Of a DNA stretch of 32,000 bases, positions 8,810 to 17,241 are shown piece by piece (within the stretch, counting starts at the first letter, position 1; each line of letters begins with the position of its first letter). Source of the stretch: Thermofilum adornatum (GTDB lineage Archaea; Thermoproteota; Thermoprotei; Thermofilales; Thermofilaceae). The stretch is from the NCBI RefSeq assembly GCF_000446015.1, contig NC_022093.1:540001-572000 (forward strand). Reading direction: 5' to 3'. Under the pieces are notes generated by a model, which did not search any database, was not told the DNA's origin, and saw only the letters and a list, made by a program, of their open reading frames with translations. The position numbers and the translations under genes were made by a program.

Positions 8810-9125
8810 GGGCGCCAAGTGGTCCGGCGGGCGGCCTCCGGTCCGTCTCGGCGACGAGACGGGCTGTGGAACCCCCTCACCGCCGCGGACCTGTAGCCGC
8901 GTAAGCGGCACGGCGAGATGCCGTGGATCAGCTGTTGCTCTTGCCACGGATGGGGATGACCTACTTTTAGTGGTAGCGACGACGTGGCAAGCTTGCGTGG
9001 AACGCTGATCCTGCAGGGGGAGGGTCAAGCAGGAGCCTATGAGGCTCCGCGGGGAGGCTCCGGGTAGACCCTTAGACAGATGCCGCCTAAACATAAGGGG
9101 GGGTACGACCGGCCACTTGGCGCCC
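8810..9125 (+). ncRNA. rnpB: RNase P RNA candidate (archaeal type-A-like architecture)
   Basis: A ~316-nt G+C-rich segment.
- P1: 8810-8827 GGGCGCCAAGTGGTCCGG pairs with 9109-9125 CCGGCCACTTGGCGCCC.
- P2: GGCGGC (8830-8835) pairs with GCCGCC (9082-9087).
- P3 hairpin: CCGTCTCG-GCGA-CGAGACGG (8843-8862).
- A J2/4-like ACATAA (9091-9096) follows the P2 3' strand, in the canonical order.
- GGGTAGACCCTTAGACAGATGCCGCC resembles the conserved GGGTAGG...TAGATGAATG..GCC region.
- The canonical GAGGAAAGTCC motif is not present (see findings). Confidence 0.65.
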
Positions 9126-9164
9126 GATCGTAGAAATAGTTATTTCTGGTGCCGCGTTCCATGC

Positions 9165-10124
9165 ATGGAGTTTGCAATGAAGGTCTTAGACCTGTTTGCC
9201 GGCGCTGGGGGGTTTAGCAGGGGGTTTCATCAGGAAGGGTTCGAAATTGTGGGGGCTGTAGAGCTGGACAGTAATGCTGCCTCCTCTTTTGCCCTGAACT
9301 TTCCTAAGGCCCATGTATTCGTGAACGACATAAGGGAGCTACACTCACTGGATATTTTGAGTAAGCTTGGGGAAAAGCCAGATGTAATTATCGGGGGTCC
9401 ACCGTGTGAAGGCTATACGAGGGCTAACCCCAAGAGAGAAAAAGAGCCGCTAAACAGGCTTTATGTGGACCCGCTTGGATCTCTTGTCCTACATTTTATC
9501 CGTATTGTCGGGGACCTAGAGCCAGAAGTCTTCGTAATGGAAAATGTTCCGGGAATTCTTGACGGTGGACTAGGTGAAGTTATTAGGGAAGAATTTGCAC
9601 GCGTCGGATATTCAGAAGTATACTTCAATGTGCTAAAGGCTGAGGACTATGGAACCCCTTCTCATCGTGTACGCGTATTTATCTCTAACAAAAAGATAGC
9701 CCCGAAAAAGACGGGCAGACAGGTTACTGTTTGGGAGGCGATAGGCGACCTGCCGCCGCCTGACCCATATTATGAAATTCCAAATCATGAGCCAGTCTCC
9801 CTGAGCACGGGGAAGCTCAAGAGAATAGCAAAACTGAAGTGGGGCGAACCACTGATACATTACAGAGGCTACGGAAAACGTGTACTAGGGAACTTGGTTA
9901 GGCTACACCCTTATCGACCTTCTCCCACCGTGATGGGGTCTACACGGTTTGTTCATCCGTTTGAAAACAGGCTTTTAACGGTACGTGAGCAGGCACGATT
10001 GATGGGGTTCCCAGATAGCCATGTTTTCGTTGGAAGCAAGGATTCACAGTTCAACCAGGTTGGGGAAGCTGTCCCAGTGCCGCTGGCGCGTGCAATAGCT
10101 GGAGAGATAAGAAAGATCCTATGA
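9165..10124 (+). CDS. DNA (cytosine-5)-methyltransferase (Dcm family)
   Basis: Motif I is VLDLFAGAGGFSRGF, motif IV GGPPCEGYT, motif VI VMENVPGIL, motif VIII TPSHRVRVFI, motif IX REQARLMGFPDSHVF and motif X QVGEAVPVPLARAIA. The track ORF starts at 9039, inside the RNase P RNA candidate. The ATG at 9165 lies about 25 nt downstream of a TATA-like AAATAGTTATTT (9134-9145), consistent with a leaderless start. The ATG at 9177 (MKVLDLF) is an alternative. Confidence 0.9.
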   Translation: MEFAMKVLDLFAGAGGFSRGFHQEGFEIVGAVELDSNAASSFALNFPKAHVFVNDIRELHSLDILSKLGEKPDVIIGGPPCEGYTRANPKREKEPLNRLYVDPLGSLVLHFIRIVGDLEPEVFVMENVPGILDGGLGEVIREEFARVGYSEVYFNVLKAEDYGTPSHRVRVFISNKKIAPKKTGRQVTVWEAIGDLPPPDPYYEIPNHEPVSLSTGKLKRIAKLKWGEPLIHYRGYGKRVLGNLVRLHPYRPSPTVMGSTRFVHPFENRLLTVREQARLMGFPDSHVFVGSKDSQFNQVGEAVPVPLARAIAGEIRKIL

Positions 10125-10189
10125 CCCCAGCCATTGGAGAGTTTCCAAAAAGTTCTTTACCCAGTATGCATCCCTTGTAGCGAAAAAGT

Positions 10190-10678
10190 ATGCTTGACAA
10201 ATTCATACCGGTGCTCCACAACACCAATAGTTCACAGCGTGTAGCAGACACTGCCAGAATAGCCTTCGGCCTAGGATACAAGACACTAGTTATATCTAAG
10301 GCAGTAGGGCCGGCGGCACAGATAGGGCTCCCCGAGGCGCAGAAACTTGCGATCCGCTACAATGCAAATATAATTTTTCTCTCGGACCTGTCAGAAGTAA
10401 TAGAGCTTCTACAGCCAGACGTAACCCTAGTGGTTGTGCCAGGCAAGTATGGAGGAGCGAATCTCTCGGAGACACTTAGCAAACTATCCCAGAGGCTTAG
10501 CGAGATAAAGAAAGTGCTCCTAGTTTTCGGAGGCTCAGAGCCCGGGCTTACCCAGAAAGAAATGAAGCTTGGAGAGGTAGTACACCCGGACAGGGTAATA
10601 GAAGATATAGGCACCGTCGGAACAGTAGCAATAACGCTTTACACGGTGTCACAGACAATACAGACTAGACAAGTCTGA
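10190..10678 (+). CDS. Uncharacterised conserved archaeal protein, possibly an alpha/beta-knot (SPOUT/DUF531-like) fold
   Basis: 162 aa with an alternating beta-alpha pattern and a C-terminal [15 protein letters not shown]...[12 protein letters not shown] block reminiscent of SPOUT knots. This assignment comes from memory of family patterns only. The 3' end overlaps the rpl37e stop region by 14 nt (convergent). Confidence 0.45.
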   Translation: MLDKFIPVLHNTNSSQRVADTARIAFGLGYKTLVISKAVGPAAQIGLPEAQKLAIRYNANIIFLSDLSEVIELLQPDVTLVVVPGKYGGANLSETLSKLSQRLSEIKKVLLVFGGSEPGLTQKEMKLGEVVHPDRVIEDIGTVGTVAITLYTVSQTIQTRQV

Positions 10679-10856
10679 TGCGTGTAACTGTTTTCTTGTT
10701 CTGCCAGCTGTATTTTCGAATCCTTTTAGACTTTCCAAAGCCGCAGTGCGCACAGTAGCCCTTCCTAATGTTGTAGCTGTGGTGTCCACACCGGCGGCAA
10801 CGTATATGTGTGATCTTTTTACCCCTTTTGCCGAAAGATGTTGTACCCTTAACCAT
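10665..10856 (-). CDS. rpl37e: Ribosomal protein eL37 (L37e)
   Basis: 63 aa, [51 protein letters not shown], with a C4 zinc ribbon. It lies downstream of the Sm gene, a conserved pair. Confidence 0.95.
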   Translation of the reverse strand: MVKGTTSFGKRGKKITHIRCRRCGHHSYNIRKGYCAHCGFGKSKRIRKYSWQNKKTVTRIRLV

Positions 10857-10869
10857 TCCTCAACACCCC

Positions 10870-11091
10870 TCACGGGACTGGGGAAACCAGGATCACGTTA
10901 TCCCCCCTAACAATTATGGTGCCTAGCTGCCTGGTCTTGGCGTTCTTTATTTCTTCGGCATTTTCTAGAACAAGGTTCAAGTGGTAGTCATAGCTTTTTA
11001 GGAGCCCACGTATCTCTCTTCCACCCTTTAGCCTTACAAGCACGTTTTTGCCCAAAGATTCTGCTAGGATCGAGATTGTCCCCTCTTCCAT
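10870..11091 (-). CDS. Sm-like archaeal protein (LSm/SmAP)
   Basis: 73 aa with Sm1 and Sm2 motifs ([31 protein letters not shown]...[13 protein letters not shown]). Confidence 0.92.
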   Translation of the reverse strand: MEEGTISILAESLGKNVLVRLKGGREIRGLLKSYDYHLNLVLENAEEIKNAKTRQLGTIIVRGDNVILVSPVP

Positions 11092-11156
11092 CTGATACTC
11101 GCCTCACTAACAGCCCCCTAGGAACTTTATAAAGTTTTTCTTAGCACAAGTTACAC

Positions 11157-11327
11157 TCAGGGACGCTGAGAGTTTTTGTACTCATTTATTAGTAGCGTGA
11201 CTGCGTGTCTGACGAGTTCACTCATAGAGGAGTATTCTCCCCTTTTAACGAGTTCAAGCGCCCTATTATAGTCCTCAACGCTCAGGCGAAAATTAACCTT
11301 TACCAGGTCGCCTTCCTTGCTCATCAT
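11157..11327 (-). CDS. Ribbon-helix-helix (CopG/Arc-like) DNA-binding protein
   Basis: LVKVNFRLSVEDYNRALELVKRGEYSSMSELVRHAVTLLINEY fits a beta-alpha-alpha RHH fold. The track start at 11390 is a TTG. The ATGATG at 11327 sits about 26 nt downstream of a TATA-like AAATATTTAATAG on the coding strand, suggesting a leaderless mRNA. Confidence 0.6.
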   Translation of the reverse strand: MMSKEGDLVKVNFRLSVEDYNRALELVKRGEYSSMSELVRHAVTLLINEYKNSQRP

Positions 11328-11414
11328 CTTATATATGATGTAGCGCTCTATTAAATATTTGCCACAAGGACGGGGTCTATGCTCATGCAAAGCTAAAGTT
11401 TAAAAAGTCCGTTT

Positions 11415-11816
11415 TTGTCTATGTTGAGAGGTGTTCACGTGTCAGCTAAAACCTCGTTCAAAATCGTAATATCCGACCCAAAGACTGGAAAAGCAGAACA
11501 AGTCGAGGTAAGCGGTGAACAAGCCCTGAGGCTGATTGGACACAAGATTGGAGACATAATAGACGGCGCGCTCGTAGGAAAGCCCGGAATCAAGCTCCGC
11601 ATCACCGGTGGATCTGGAAGAGCTGGAGAGCCAATGAGGCCCGATATCCAGGGCGCCAGGAAAGGGTACTTCCTGCTCTCTGGCCCTCCAGGCTACTGGC
11701 CCAAAGAAAAGGGTGAACGCAGAAGGAGATTTGTCCGTGGAAATACAATATCGGAAGACATTGTACAGATAAACGCTGTAATCGTCTACGAGGAACAAGC
11801 AAAAGCCTCAAGCTAG
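11415..11816 (+). CDS. rps6e: Ribosomal protein eS6 (S6e)
   Basis: Contains FKIVISDPKTGKAEQVEV...LRITGGSGRAGEPMRPDIQGARKGYFLLSGPPGY. The start may be the GTG at 11439, preceded by GAGGTG. Confidence 0.92.
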   Translation: MSMLRGVHVSAKTSFKIVISDPKTGKAEQVEVSGEQALRLIGHKIGDIIDGALVGKPGIKLRITGGSGRAGEPMRPDIQGARKGYFLLSGPPGYWPKEKGERRRRFVRGNTISEDIVQINAVIVYEEQAKASS

Positions 11817-11899
11817 ATTGTTGTAGTTTAAGCCGGCTTTCTTCAAACCGCAATTGTTGTAAATAGTTTTATAAGTGCGGTCTACCTAGCCTTAAATAT

Positions 11900-12220
11900 A
11901 TGAGTAAAACACCTGATGAGACAGAAAAAACAGAAGAATTTCCGCTTCCCGACAACCAAACGACACTTCTCTGTATAATCCAGCAACTATTAGGATTTGA
12001 TAGGGCACGTGTCTATTGCAGTGACGGTAAGATCAGGCTATGCAGGATACCTGGAAAATTCAAAAAACGCATGTGGATGAAGGTCGGCGACGTTGTACTT
12101 GTCGCTCCGTGGGATTTTCAGCCAGAGCGTGGCGACATAATTTATAGGTATACCTCTAACGAGCTACAAAAATTAGAGAAGAAGGGGCTTTTGAAGGAGC
12201 TGAAGGACCTTCTCGGATAG
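11900..12220 (+). CDS. eif1a: Translation initiation factor 1A (aIF1A)
   Basis: 106 aa with an S1-like OB fold: RLCRIPGKFKKRMWMKVGDVVLVAPWDFQPERGDIIYRY. Confidence 0.93.
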   Translation: MSKTPDETEKTEEFPLPDNQTTLLCIIQQLLGFDRARVYCSDGKIRLCRIPGKFKKRMWMKVGDVVLVAPWDFQPERGDIIYRYTSNELQKLEKKGLLKELKDLLG

Positions 12221-12222
12221 CC

Positions 12223-12573
12223 CTACTCTCTGAGACAGTTTTTAACTGTGTGGGCCAAGTCGGAAGCGAGGTCTCTCGGCACGCCCGAATACCTCTTGAC
12301 TTCCGTTCCTTTCTTTATCACAACTACTGTCGGGAGACCTAGAACCTCAAACTTCTCGGCAATCTCCTTCTCTACGTCAACATTTACCCTGACAAAGCAT
12401 ACAGATCCATATTTCGCGAACAACTTGCTAACCTGTCTAAGTATCTCGTCAACAGCTTTGCATGGGACACACCAATCTGCATAAAAGTCTATAACAACTA
12501 CTCTCATGTTTTGCAAGAGCTGTATCAAGACGTCGCCAGTCACGTCTACTAGCTGGTTGCATGCCTCAGACAT
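12223..12573 (-). CDS. Thioredoxin
   Basis: 116 aa with the active site DFYADWCVPCK (CxxC) and the downstream GLPTVVVIKKG cis-Pro loop. Confidence 0.88.
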   Translation of the reverse strand: MSEACNQLVDVTGDVLIQLLQNMRVVVIDFYADWCVPCKAVDEILRQVSKLFAKYGSVCFVRVNVDVEKEIAEKFEVLGLPTVVVIKKGTEVKRYSGVPRDLASDLAHTVKNCLRE

Positions 12574-12637
12574 ACCTTATCCAAGGTGTCCCAGGCACTT
12601 AATTTATTTAGCGCAAGGCATTAAATAGAACAGAAAG

Positions 12638-13660
12638 ATGGGTACATATCTAACTCCTCTGATAAGCCCTAAACATGTTGAATTGGACAAGCTTCAGGGA
12701 AGAATACTGGCCATAGACGCTTTCAACTCTATTTACCAGTTCCTGGCCCTCGTGCGAGACAAGTATGGGAGACCCCTAACAAACAGTAGAGGACAAGTTA
12801 CCTCTCACTTGGTTGGACTAGTGTCCCGGTATTCTAGGCTTGTATACGAGTACAACATGCTCTTTATCTTCGTATTCGATGGGCCACCCCACCCATTAAA
12901 GAGAAAAGAGCTGGAAAGAAGGAAAACCCTGCGCGAAAAGGCTAGACAAGAATATCTTGAGCTTTTGAGGAAAGGCGACCTAGAAAAAGCTTTCTCTAAG
13001 GCAGTAGTCTCAGCCTCGATAGACGAATGGATAGTTGAAAGCTCAAAGAAGCTTTTGAGACTTATGGGCTTCCCAATTATACAGGCTCCCCATGACGCCG
13101 AGGCGCAGGCTGCCTTCCTGGTGAAAAGTGAGCAAGCGTGGGCTGTGGGCTCCATGGATTGGGACTCTCTCTTGTACGGTTCACCCAGACTTGTCCGGTA
13201 CGTTACGCTTACAGGGTTCGAATGGCTACCTTCTAAGATGATGGCTCGAAAACTTATGCCAGAAATAGTCGAGCTCGAGGAGACGCTGAATATGCTTGGC
13301 ATCACGCATCAGCAACTAGTTGATTTAGCTATCCTTGTCGGCACGGATTACAATGACGGGATTCCCGGGGTAGGACCTAAACGTGCACTCTACCTGATAA
13401 AAAAGTATGGATCCCTCGAAGGCTTGCCGCTAAATCTGAAGAAAATGCTCCCAAACAACTATAAGGAAATACGTGAACTCTTCTTGAATCCTCCTATAAC
13501 CACGAGCTATGATATAATCTTTGGAGAGCTCGACGAGGAGGGGCTTAGAAAGTTTCTCGTAGACGAAAACGACTTTTCACATGAAAAAGTAGAAACATAT
13601 CTTAAAAGGTTAAGAGAGGCGTTCCAGAGGCGAACTAGGACTCTAGATTATTTTTTATAA
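12638..13660 (+). CDS. fen: Flap endonuclease 1 (FEN-1)
   Basis: 340 aa with XPG-N (LAIDAFNSIYQFL), XPG-I (APHDAEAQAAFL...GSMDWDSLLYG), H3TH (VGTDYNDGIPGVGPKRA) and a C-terminal PIP-like tail TLDYFL. Confidence 0.95.
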   Translation: MGTYLTPLISPKHVELDKLQGRILAIDAFNSIYQFLALVRDKYGRPLTNSRGQVTSHLVGLVSRYSRLVYEYNMLFIFVFDGPPHPLKRKELERRKTLREKARQEYLELLRKGDLEKAFSKAVVSASIDEWIVESSKKLLRLMGFPIIQAPHDAEAQAAFLVKSEQAWAVGSMDWDSLLYGSPRLVRYVTLTGFEWLPSKMMARKLMPEIVELEETLNMLGITHQQLVDLAILVGTDYNDGIPGVGPKRALYLIKKYGSLEGLPLNLKKMLPNNYKEIRELFLNPPITTSYDIIFGELDEEGLRKFLVDENDFSHEKVETYLKRLREAFQRRTRTLDYFL

Positions 13661-13684
13661 TGGTGTTGCAGAGTCTATTATCAT

Positions 13685-15286
13685 GTGGCATTCTTTAGGG
13701 ACCTAGTAGAAGTAGCAGACAGGGTTACACAGGTAGCTAGTAGAAAAGAAAAGATACGCCTACTAGCAGAGTTTCTTGAAAAGCTGTCCCCAGAAGAAGT
13801 GCCCATCGCGGCAAGGTTCCTGGCCGGCGAGGTTTTCCCAGAATATGACACGAAGGAGCTCGGCGTGGGGTATTCTTCGCTTAAACAGGCATATAGTGTG
13901 GTGAGGCATGCATCTATCCTGCCGATAGCTGTACAGCCTTTAACAATTACTGAGGTTTATCGTACACTTGAGAGGATAGCTGGCGCTACTGGAGAGGGTA
14001 GCAAAAACAAGAAGATCAAGCTTTTGCAGTCTCTCCTTTCTAGGATGGAGCAAAGAGAAATAGACTTTCTGCTACGTGTACTGTTCGGCGAGGTCCGGAT
14101 AGGTGCAAGCAAGGGCCTCCTGCTCGAGGCGGCCTCAAAGATTGCAAATGTGCCAATAAGCGACGTACTGCACGCATACATGGTTCTAAGCGATGTGGGT
14201 GACGTGCTATTAATGGCCCGAGAAAAGCCTTCAATGCTTGGAAGAGCAGAGCTGAATCTTTTCCATCCAGTCAAGCCCATGCTTGCAGATATGGCATACA
14301 GTGTGGAAGAGCTTTTCCAGGAGCATGGGGCTCCACTATACTTAGAGTACAAGTATGACGGTATACGCTTGCAGATACACATAGACTCAGGAAGGGTTGA
14401 GGTTTTTTCTAGGCGGCTGAACAGGATTACCGAGTTTGTGCCGGATGTTGTAGAAAAAGTCCTAGGAAACGTTAAGGCGGAGAAAGCTATTCTTGACGGC
14501 GAGGCCCTAGCTGTTGTCGACGGCAAACCTGTAGCTTTTCAGGATCTGCTGAAGAGGGTGAGACGGAAAAGAGAACGCGAAAAGTTTTTCCGCGAGCTTC
14601 CGTTCCAGCTCCATCTTTTCGACGTGATATATATCAATGGCAGGACGCTGGTTAAGGAAACCTATAGTTCGAGAAGGAGCATCTTGCAGGAAATAGTTAC
14701 AAGCGACGAGCTACTTGCCAAGATGAAGATCGTATACGAGAAGGAGGAGGCCGAGAATTTCTATAAGGAGGCGCTGAGCGAAAACCATGAAGGCGTAATG
14801 TCGAAGCGTGCATCTTCATTTTACAAGCCTGGAATAAGGGGGAGCGACTGGCTTAAACTTAAGTCTTATGATACGATTGACTGCGTCATCATCGCGGCAG
14901 AATGGGGGCACGGCAGAAGAAGTGGATGGCTCAGCAACTATCATCTAGGCGTTCTAGATGAGGAAAGTGGAAAGTTTCTATCTGTAGGAAAAACATTCAA
15001 GGGGCTCAGCGACGCGGAGTTCGAAGAAATGACAAAGAAACTTTTACAGCTGAAGACCAGAGAGGAAGGCTACACTGTATATGTGAAGCCTGAAATAGTT
15101 GTGGAGGTCGACTATAGCGAGATACAGAGAAGCAAGCGATACCCCTCAGGCTTTGCGTTGCGTTTTGCACGTATCAGAAGGATACGCTTTGACAAAAGCC
15201 CCGATGAAGCCACAACGCTAGGCGAGCTTAGAAGAAGATATCTCCAGAAAATGCAGAATAAAGAACTGGATGAGGAGGAGGGATAG
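13685..15286 (+). CDS. lig: ATP-dependent DNA ligase
   Basis: 533 aa with a GTG start. Adenylation motif I is [12 protein letters not shown]. Also present are motif [11 protein letters not shown], motif [12 protein letters not shown], motif V EGVMSKR and DWLKLK, followed by an OB domain. It is somewhat shorter than the ~600 aa typical of archaeal replicative ligases. Confidence 0.92.
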   Translation: MAFFRDLVEVADRVTQVASRKEKIRLLAEFLEKLSPEEVPIAARFLAGEVFPEYDTKELGVGYSSLKQAYSVVRHASILPIAVQPLTITEVYRTLERIAGATGEGSKNKKIKLLQSLLSRMEQREIDFLLRVLFGEVRIGASKGLLLEAASKIANVPISDVLHAYMVLSDVGDVLLMAREKPSMLGRAELNLFHPVKPMLADMAYSVEELFQEHGAPLYLEYKYDGIRLQIHIDSGRVEVFSRRLNRITEFVPDVVEKVLGNVKAEKAILDGEALAVVDGKPVAFQDLLKRVRRKREREKFFRELPFQLHLFDVIYINGRTLVKETYSSRRSILQEIVTSDELLAKMKIVYEKEEAENFYKEALSENHEGVMSKRASSFYKPGIRGSDWLKLKSYDTIDCVIIAAEWGHGRRSGWLSNYHLGVLDEESGKFLSVGKTFKGLSDAEFEEMTKKLLQLKTREEGYTVYVKPEIVVEVDYSEIQRSKRYPSGFALRFARIRRIRFDKSPDEATTLGELRRRYLQKMQNKELDEEEG

Positions 15287-16268
15287 AGCATTGGCAAAGA
15301 TAAGTATAGAGCCTATTGCCGACGAGAGCCTCGGAGTCAGATCAATGGCGCTCTATGCAGATATAGCGGGACTAAAGATTCTCTTCGATGCGTCTGTTTC
15401 TCTTGGCCCGGAAAGGTATGGCTTACCCCCGCATCCAGAAGAATTCAAAGCACTGGCTAAGCGCCGAGAAAAGATTCTAGAAAAAGCTCGACAAGCAGAA
15501 ATAATCACAGTGTCACACTACCATCGTGACCATTATACACCGCCCTACCCATCTCTCTTTGAATGTACAGGTGGAAACGAGTACCTAGAAATATATTCTG
15601 GAAAAATACTCGTAGCTAAACATCCCTCTGAAAAGATAAATCCCAGTCAGAAAGAGAGAGCTAGAAAGTTCTTTAAAGCTATCGAAGGCAGAACCAATGA
15701 GATACACCTAGTAAACGATTCTCTCCTAAGCTTTGGAGATACTAAAATTGAAAGCTTCCTGGCCCCTCATGGAGAAAATCTAGGCTATGTGCTATGTTTT
15801 ATCGTTTATTTTCAAGACAAAGCCGAGCTAGCCTTCTTGCCCGACGTGCAGGGTCCCTACAGCAACGATGTCCTAGAAAAGATAACAAAAATCAAACCCA
15901 GAATCGTAATAGTTGGAGGTCCCCCAACTTATCTCTCGGGGTCGAAAGTATCAAAGGATGCTGTGGACAGGGGGATGAGGAACCTCTCGAGGCTTTACGC
16001 CCAGCTCTCACAAGAAAGCAAAATCATTATTTCCCACCACCTTCTAAGAGATCCCGAATGGAGAGAAAAGCTTGAAAGCTATGGTATCCCTGGGAACAGC
16101 ATAAAGACTTATAGCGACATTCTCGGGCTCCCATACACGGGTTTGGAGGCATACAGAAATTTCCTCTTCGAAAACAACCCGCCGCCAAGCAACTACAGAG
16201 AGATACTGGAGGCACTGAAAAAAGAACGCGCGAGATGTGATAAGCTCTTTGATTTCCTGGAAAAATAA
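15270..16268 (+). CDS. Metallo-beta-lactamase-fold hydrolase (UPF0282-like archaeal family)
   Basis: Contains [13 protein letters not shown]...[11 protein letters not shown] and the MBL signature SHYHRDH. The ATG at 15270 overlaps the ligase 3' end by 17 nt. An alternative TTG at 15291 directly follows the ligase stop and a GGAGGAGGAGGG tract. Confidence 0.75.
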   Translation: MRRRDRALAKISIEPIADESLGVRSMALYADIAGLKILFDASVSLGPERYGLPPHPEEFKALAKRREKILEKARQAEIITVSHYHRDHYTPPYPSLFECTGGNEYLEIYSGKILVAKHPSEKINPSQKERARKFFKAIEGRTNEIHLVNDSLLSFGDTKIESFLAPHGENLGYVLCFIVYFQDKAELAFLPDVQGPYSNDVLEKITKIKPRIVIVGGPPTYLSGSKVSKDAVDRGMRNLSRLYAQLSQESKIIISHHLLRDPEWREKLESYGIPGNSIKTYSDILGLPYTGLEAYRNFLFENNPPPSNYREILEALKKERARCDKLFDFLEK

Positions 16269-16319
16269 AGACTTATTAACTCTGCATCTGCTATAGCAAA
16301 CTCCTTGTTGTGAAAAATA

Positions 16320-17234
16320 GTGAAGGTGATAAGGTTGAGGGGAATAATAGTAACCGTGCTATCTAAATCCCCAGAAAAAGCACGTGAAATAGCGGGGAGC
16401 ATTGCAAAACTCGAGGACAAAAACAAGGTTGAAATCTACTATAGAAAGCTTTCCCCAGACCTTCTCCTCTCTCTACTTGTACCCACAGACTACCCAGACA
16501 GCATACTCAACGCTGTTTCCACGGCTACTCTCTCTGATGTGATCATATTTTACGGCGACGAGCCGCTAAATTCATTTGATGGAGAACTCCTACTGTTGAT
16601 GGGCATGCTCGAGAAGAAAAGCATAATTATAGGTGGAGACGAAAGAATTAAGAAACTTGCGTCAAGCGCCGGAGTCAAGAACGCCCTCTTCGTAGACAGC
16701 CCCCACGAGATCCGCTTTGAAGACTTAGCAGTAGATAAAAATGCGGGCTTCATCTATATCGACAGAGTTTTCCCGGTGAGGGGTGTCGGCACAGTGATGC
16801 TTGGATATGCCAAGACATCCATAAGAGCACATGACAAGTTTGTCTCTCTCCCTGCAAAAAAGGAAATAGAGATAAAAAGCATACAAGTTTTAGACGTTGA
16901 CTTTGAAGAAGTGGGCTATGGGACAAGGGTAGGCCTAGCTATTAAGGGCGAGGAGTACGAAAGACTCAAAGAGACTTATTCGCTGGTAAGAGGCAACTTG
17001 ACTGAAAAAATTGAAGGCAAGATCGTAAAGCTCCCCTGGTCCGTCGACCTCAAAAATGGCAATGAGTACCATATATACAGCGAAGGCTGCTATTCTACTG
17101 GAATAGTTGAGGTTGAAGGAGACGGCATCAGAGTACAGCTTAGGAAACCGTTGCCTGAGGCAAAGGAATACTTGATAGCAACGCCTAATACAAATGGGAA
17201 AATGTCACGGATAGTAGGCAAGGTAACATTCTAA
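16320..17234 (+). CDS. EF-Tu/SelB-like protein with a degenerate (non-GTPase) N-terminal domain
   Basis: 304 aa with a GTG start. The central block YIDRVFPVRGVGTVMLGYAKTSIRAHDKF...IEIKSIQVLDVDFEEVGYGTRVGLAIKG is a translation-factor domain II beta-barrel. The N-terminal ~140 aa have the layout of a G domain but no P-loop, DxxG or NKxD motifs. Confidence 0.7.
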   Translation: MKVIRLRGIIVTVLSKSPEKAREIAGSIAKLEDKNKVEIYYRKLSPDLLLSLLVPTDYPDSILNAVSTATLSDVIIFYGDEPLNSFDGELLLLMGMLEKKSIIIGGDERIKKLASSAGVKNALFVDSPHEIRFEDLAVDKNAGFIYIDRVFPVRGVGTVMLGYAKTSIRAHDKFVSLPAKKEIEIKSIQVLDVDFEEVGYGTRVGLAIKGEEYERLKETYSLVRGNLTEKIEGKIVKLPWSVDLKNGNEYHIYSEGCYSTGIVEVEGDGIRVQLRKPLPEAKEYLIATPNTNGKMSRIVGKVTF

Positions 17235-17241
17235 CGCATGG

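Noticed and set aside
8318-9164. Track ORFs 8318..8662(+), 8504..9094(-), 8613..8798(+), 8659..8880(-), 8675..8896(+) and 8808..9008(+), and the first 42 codons of ORF 9039..10124.
   Set aside because: They lie inside the G+C-rich SRP RNA and RNase P RNA genes, where stop codons are rare. The proteins are Arg/Pro/Gly-rich and low in complexity, and they overlap one another on both strands.
10649-10873. Track ORF 10649..10873(-), a 74-aa ORF overlapping rpl37e in another frame.
   Set aside because: The eL37 frame (10665..10856) has an unmistakable family sequence and zinc ribbon. The alternative frame has no features.
11818-11870. ATTGTTGTA repeated twice, flanking an imperfect hairpin (GTTTAAG...CTTCAAAC) downstream of rps6e.
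   Set aside because: The elements are short, the stem is imperfect, and the repeats are only 9 nt. This could be chance or a weak terminator, which is not enough to call a feature.
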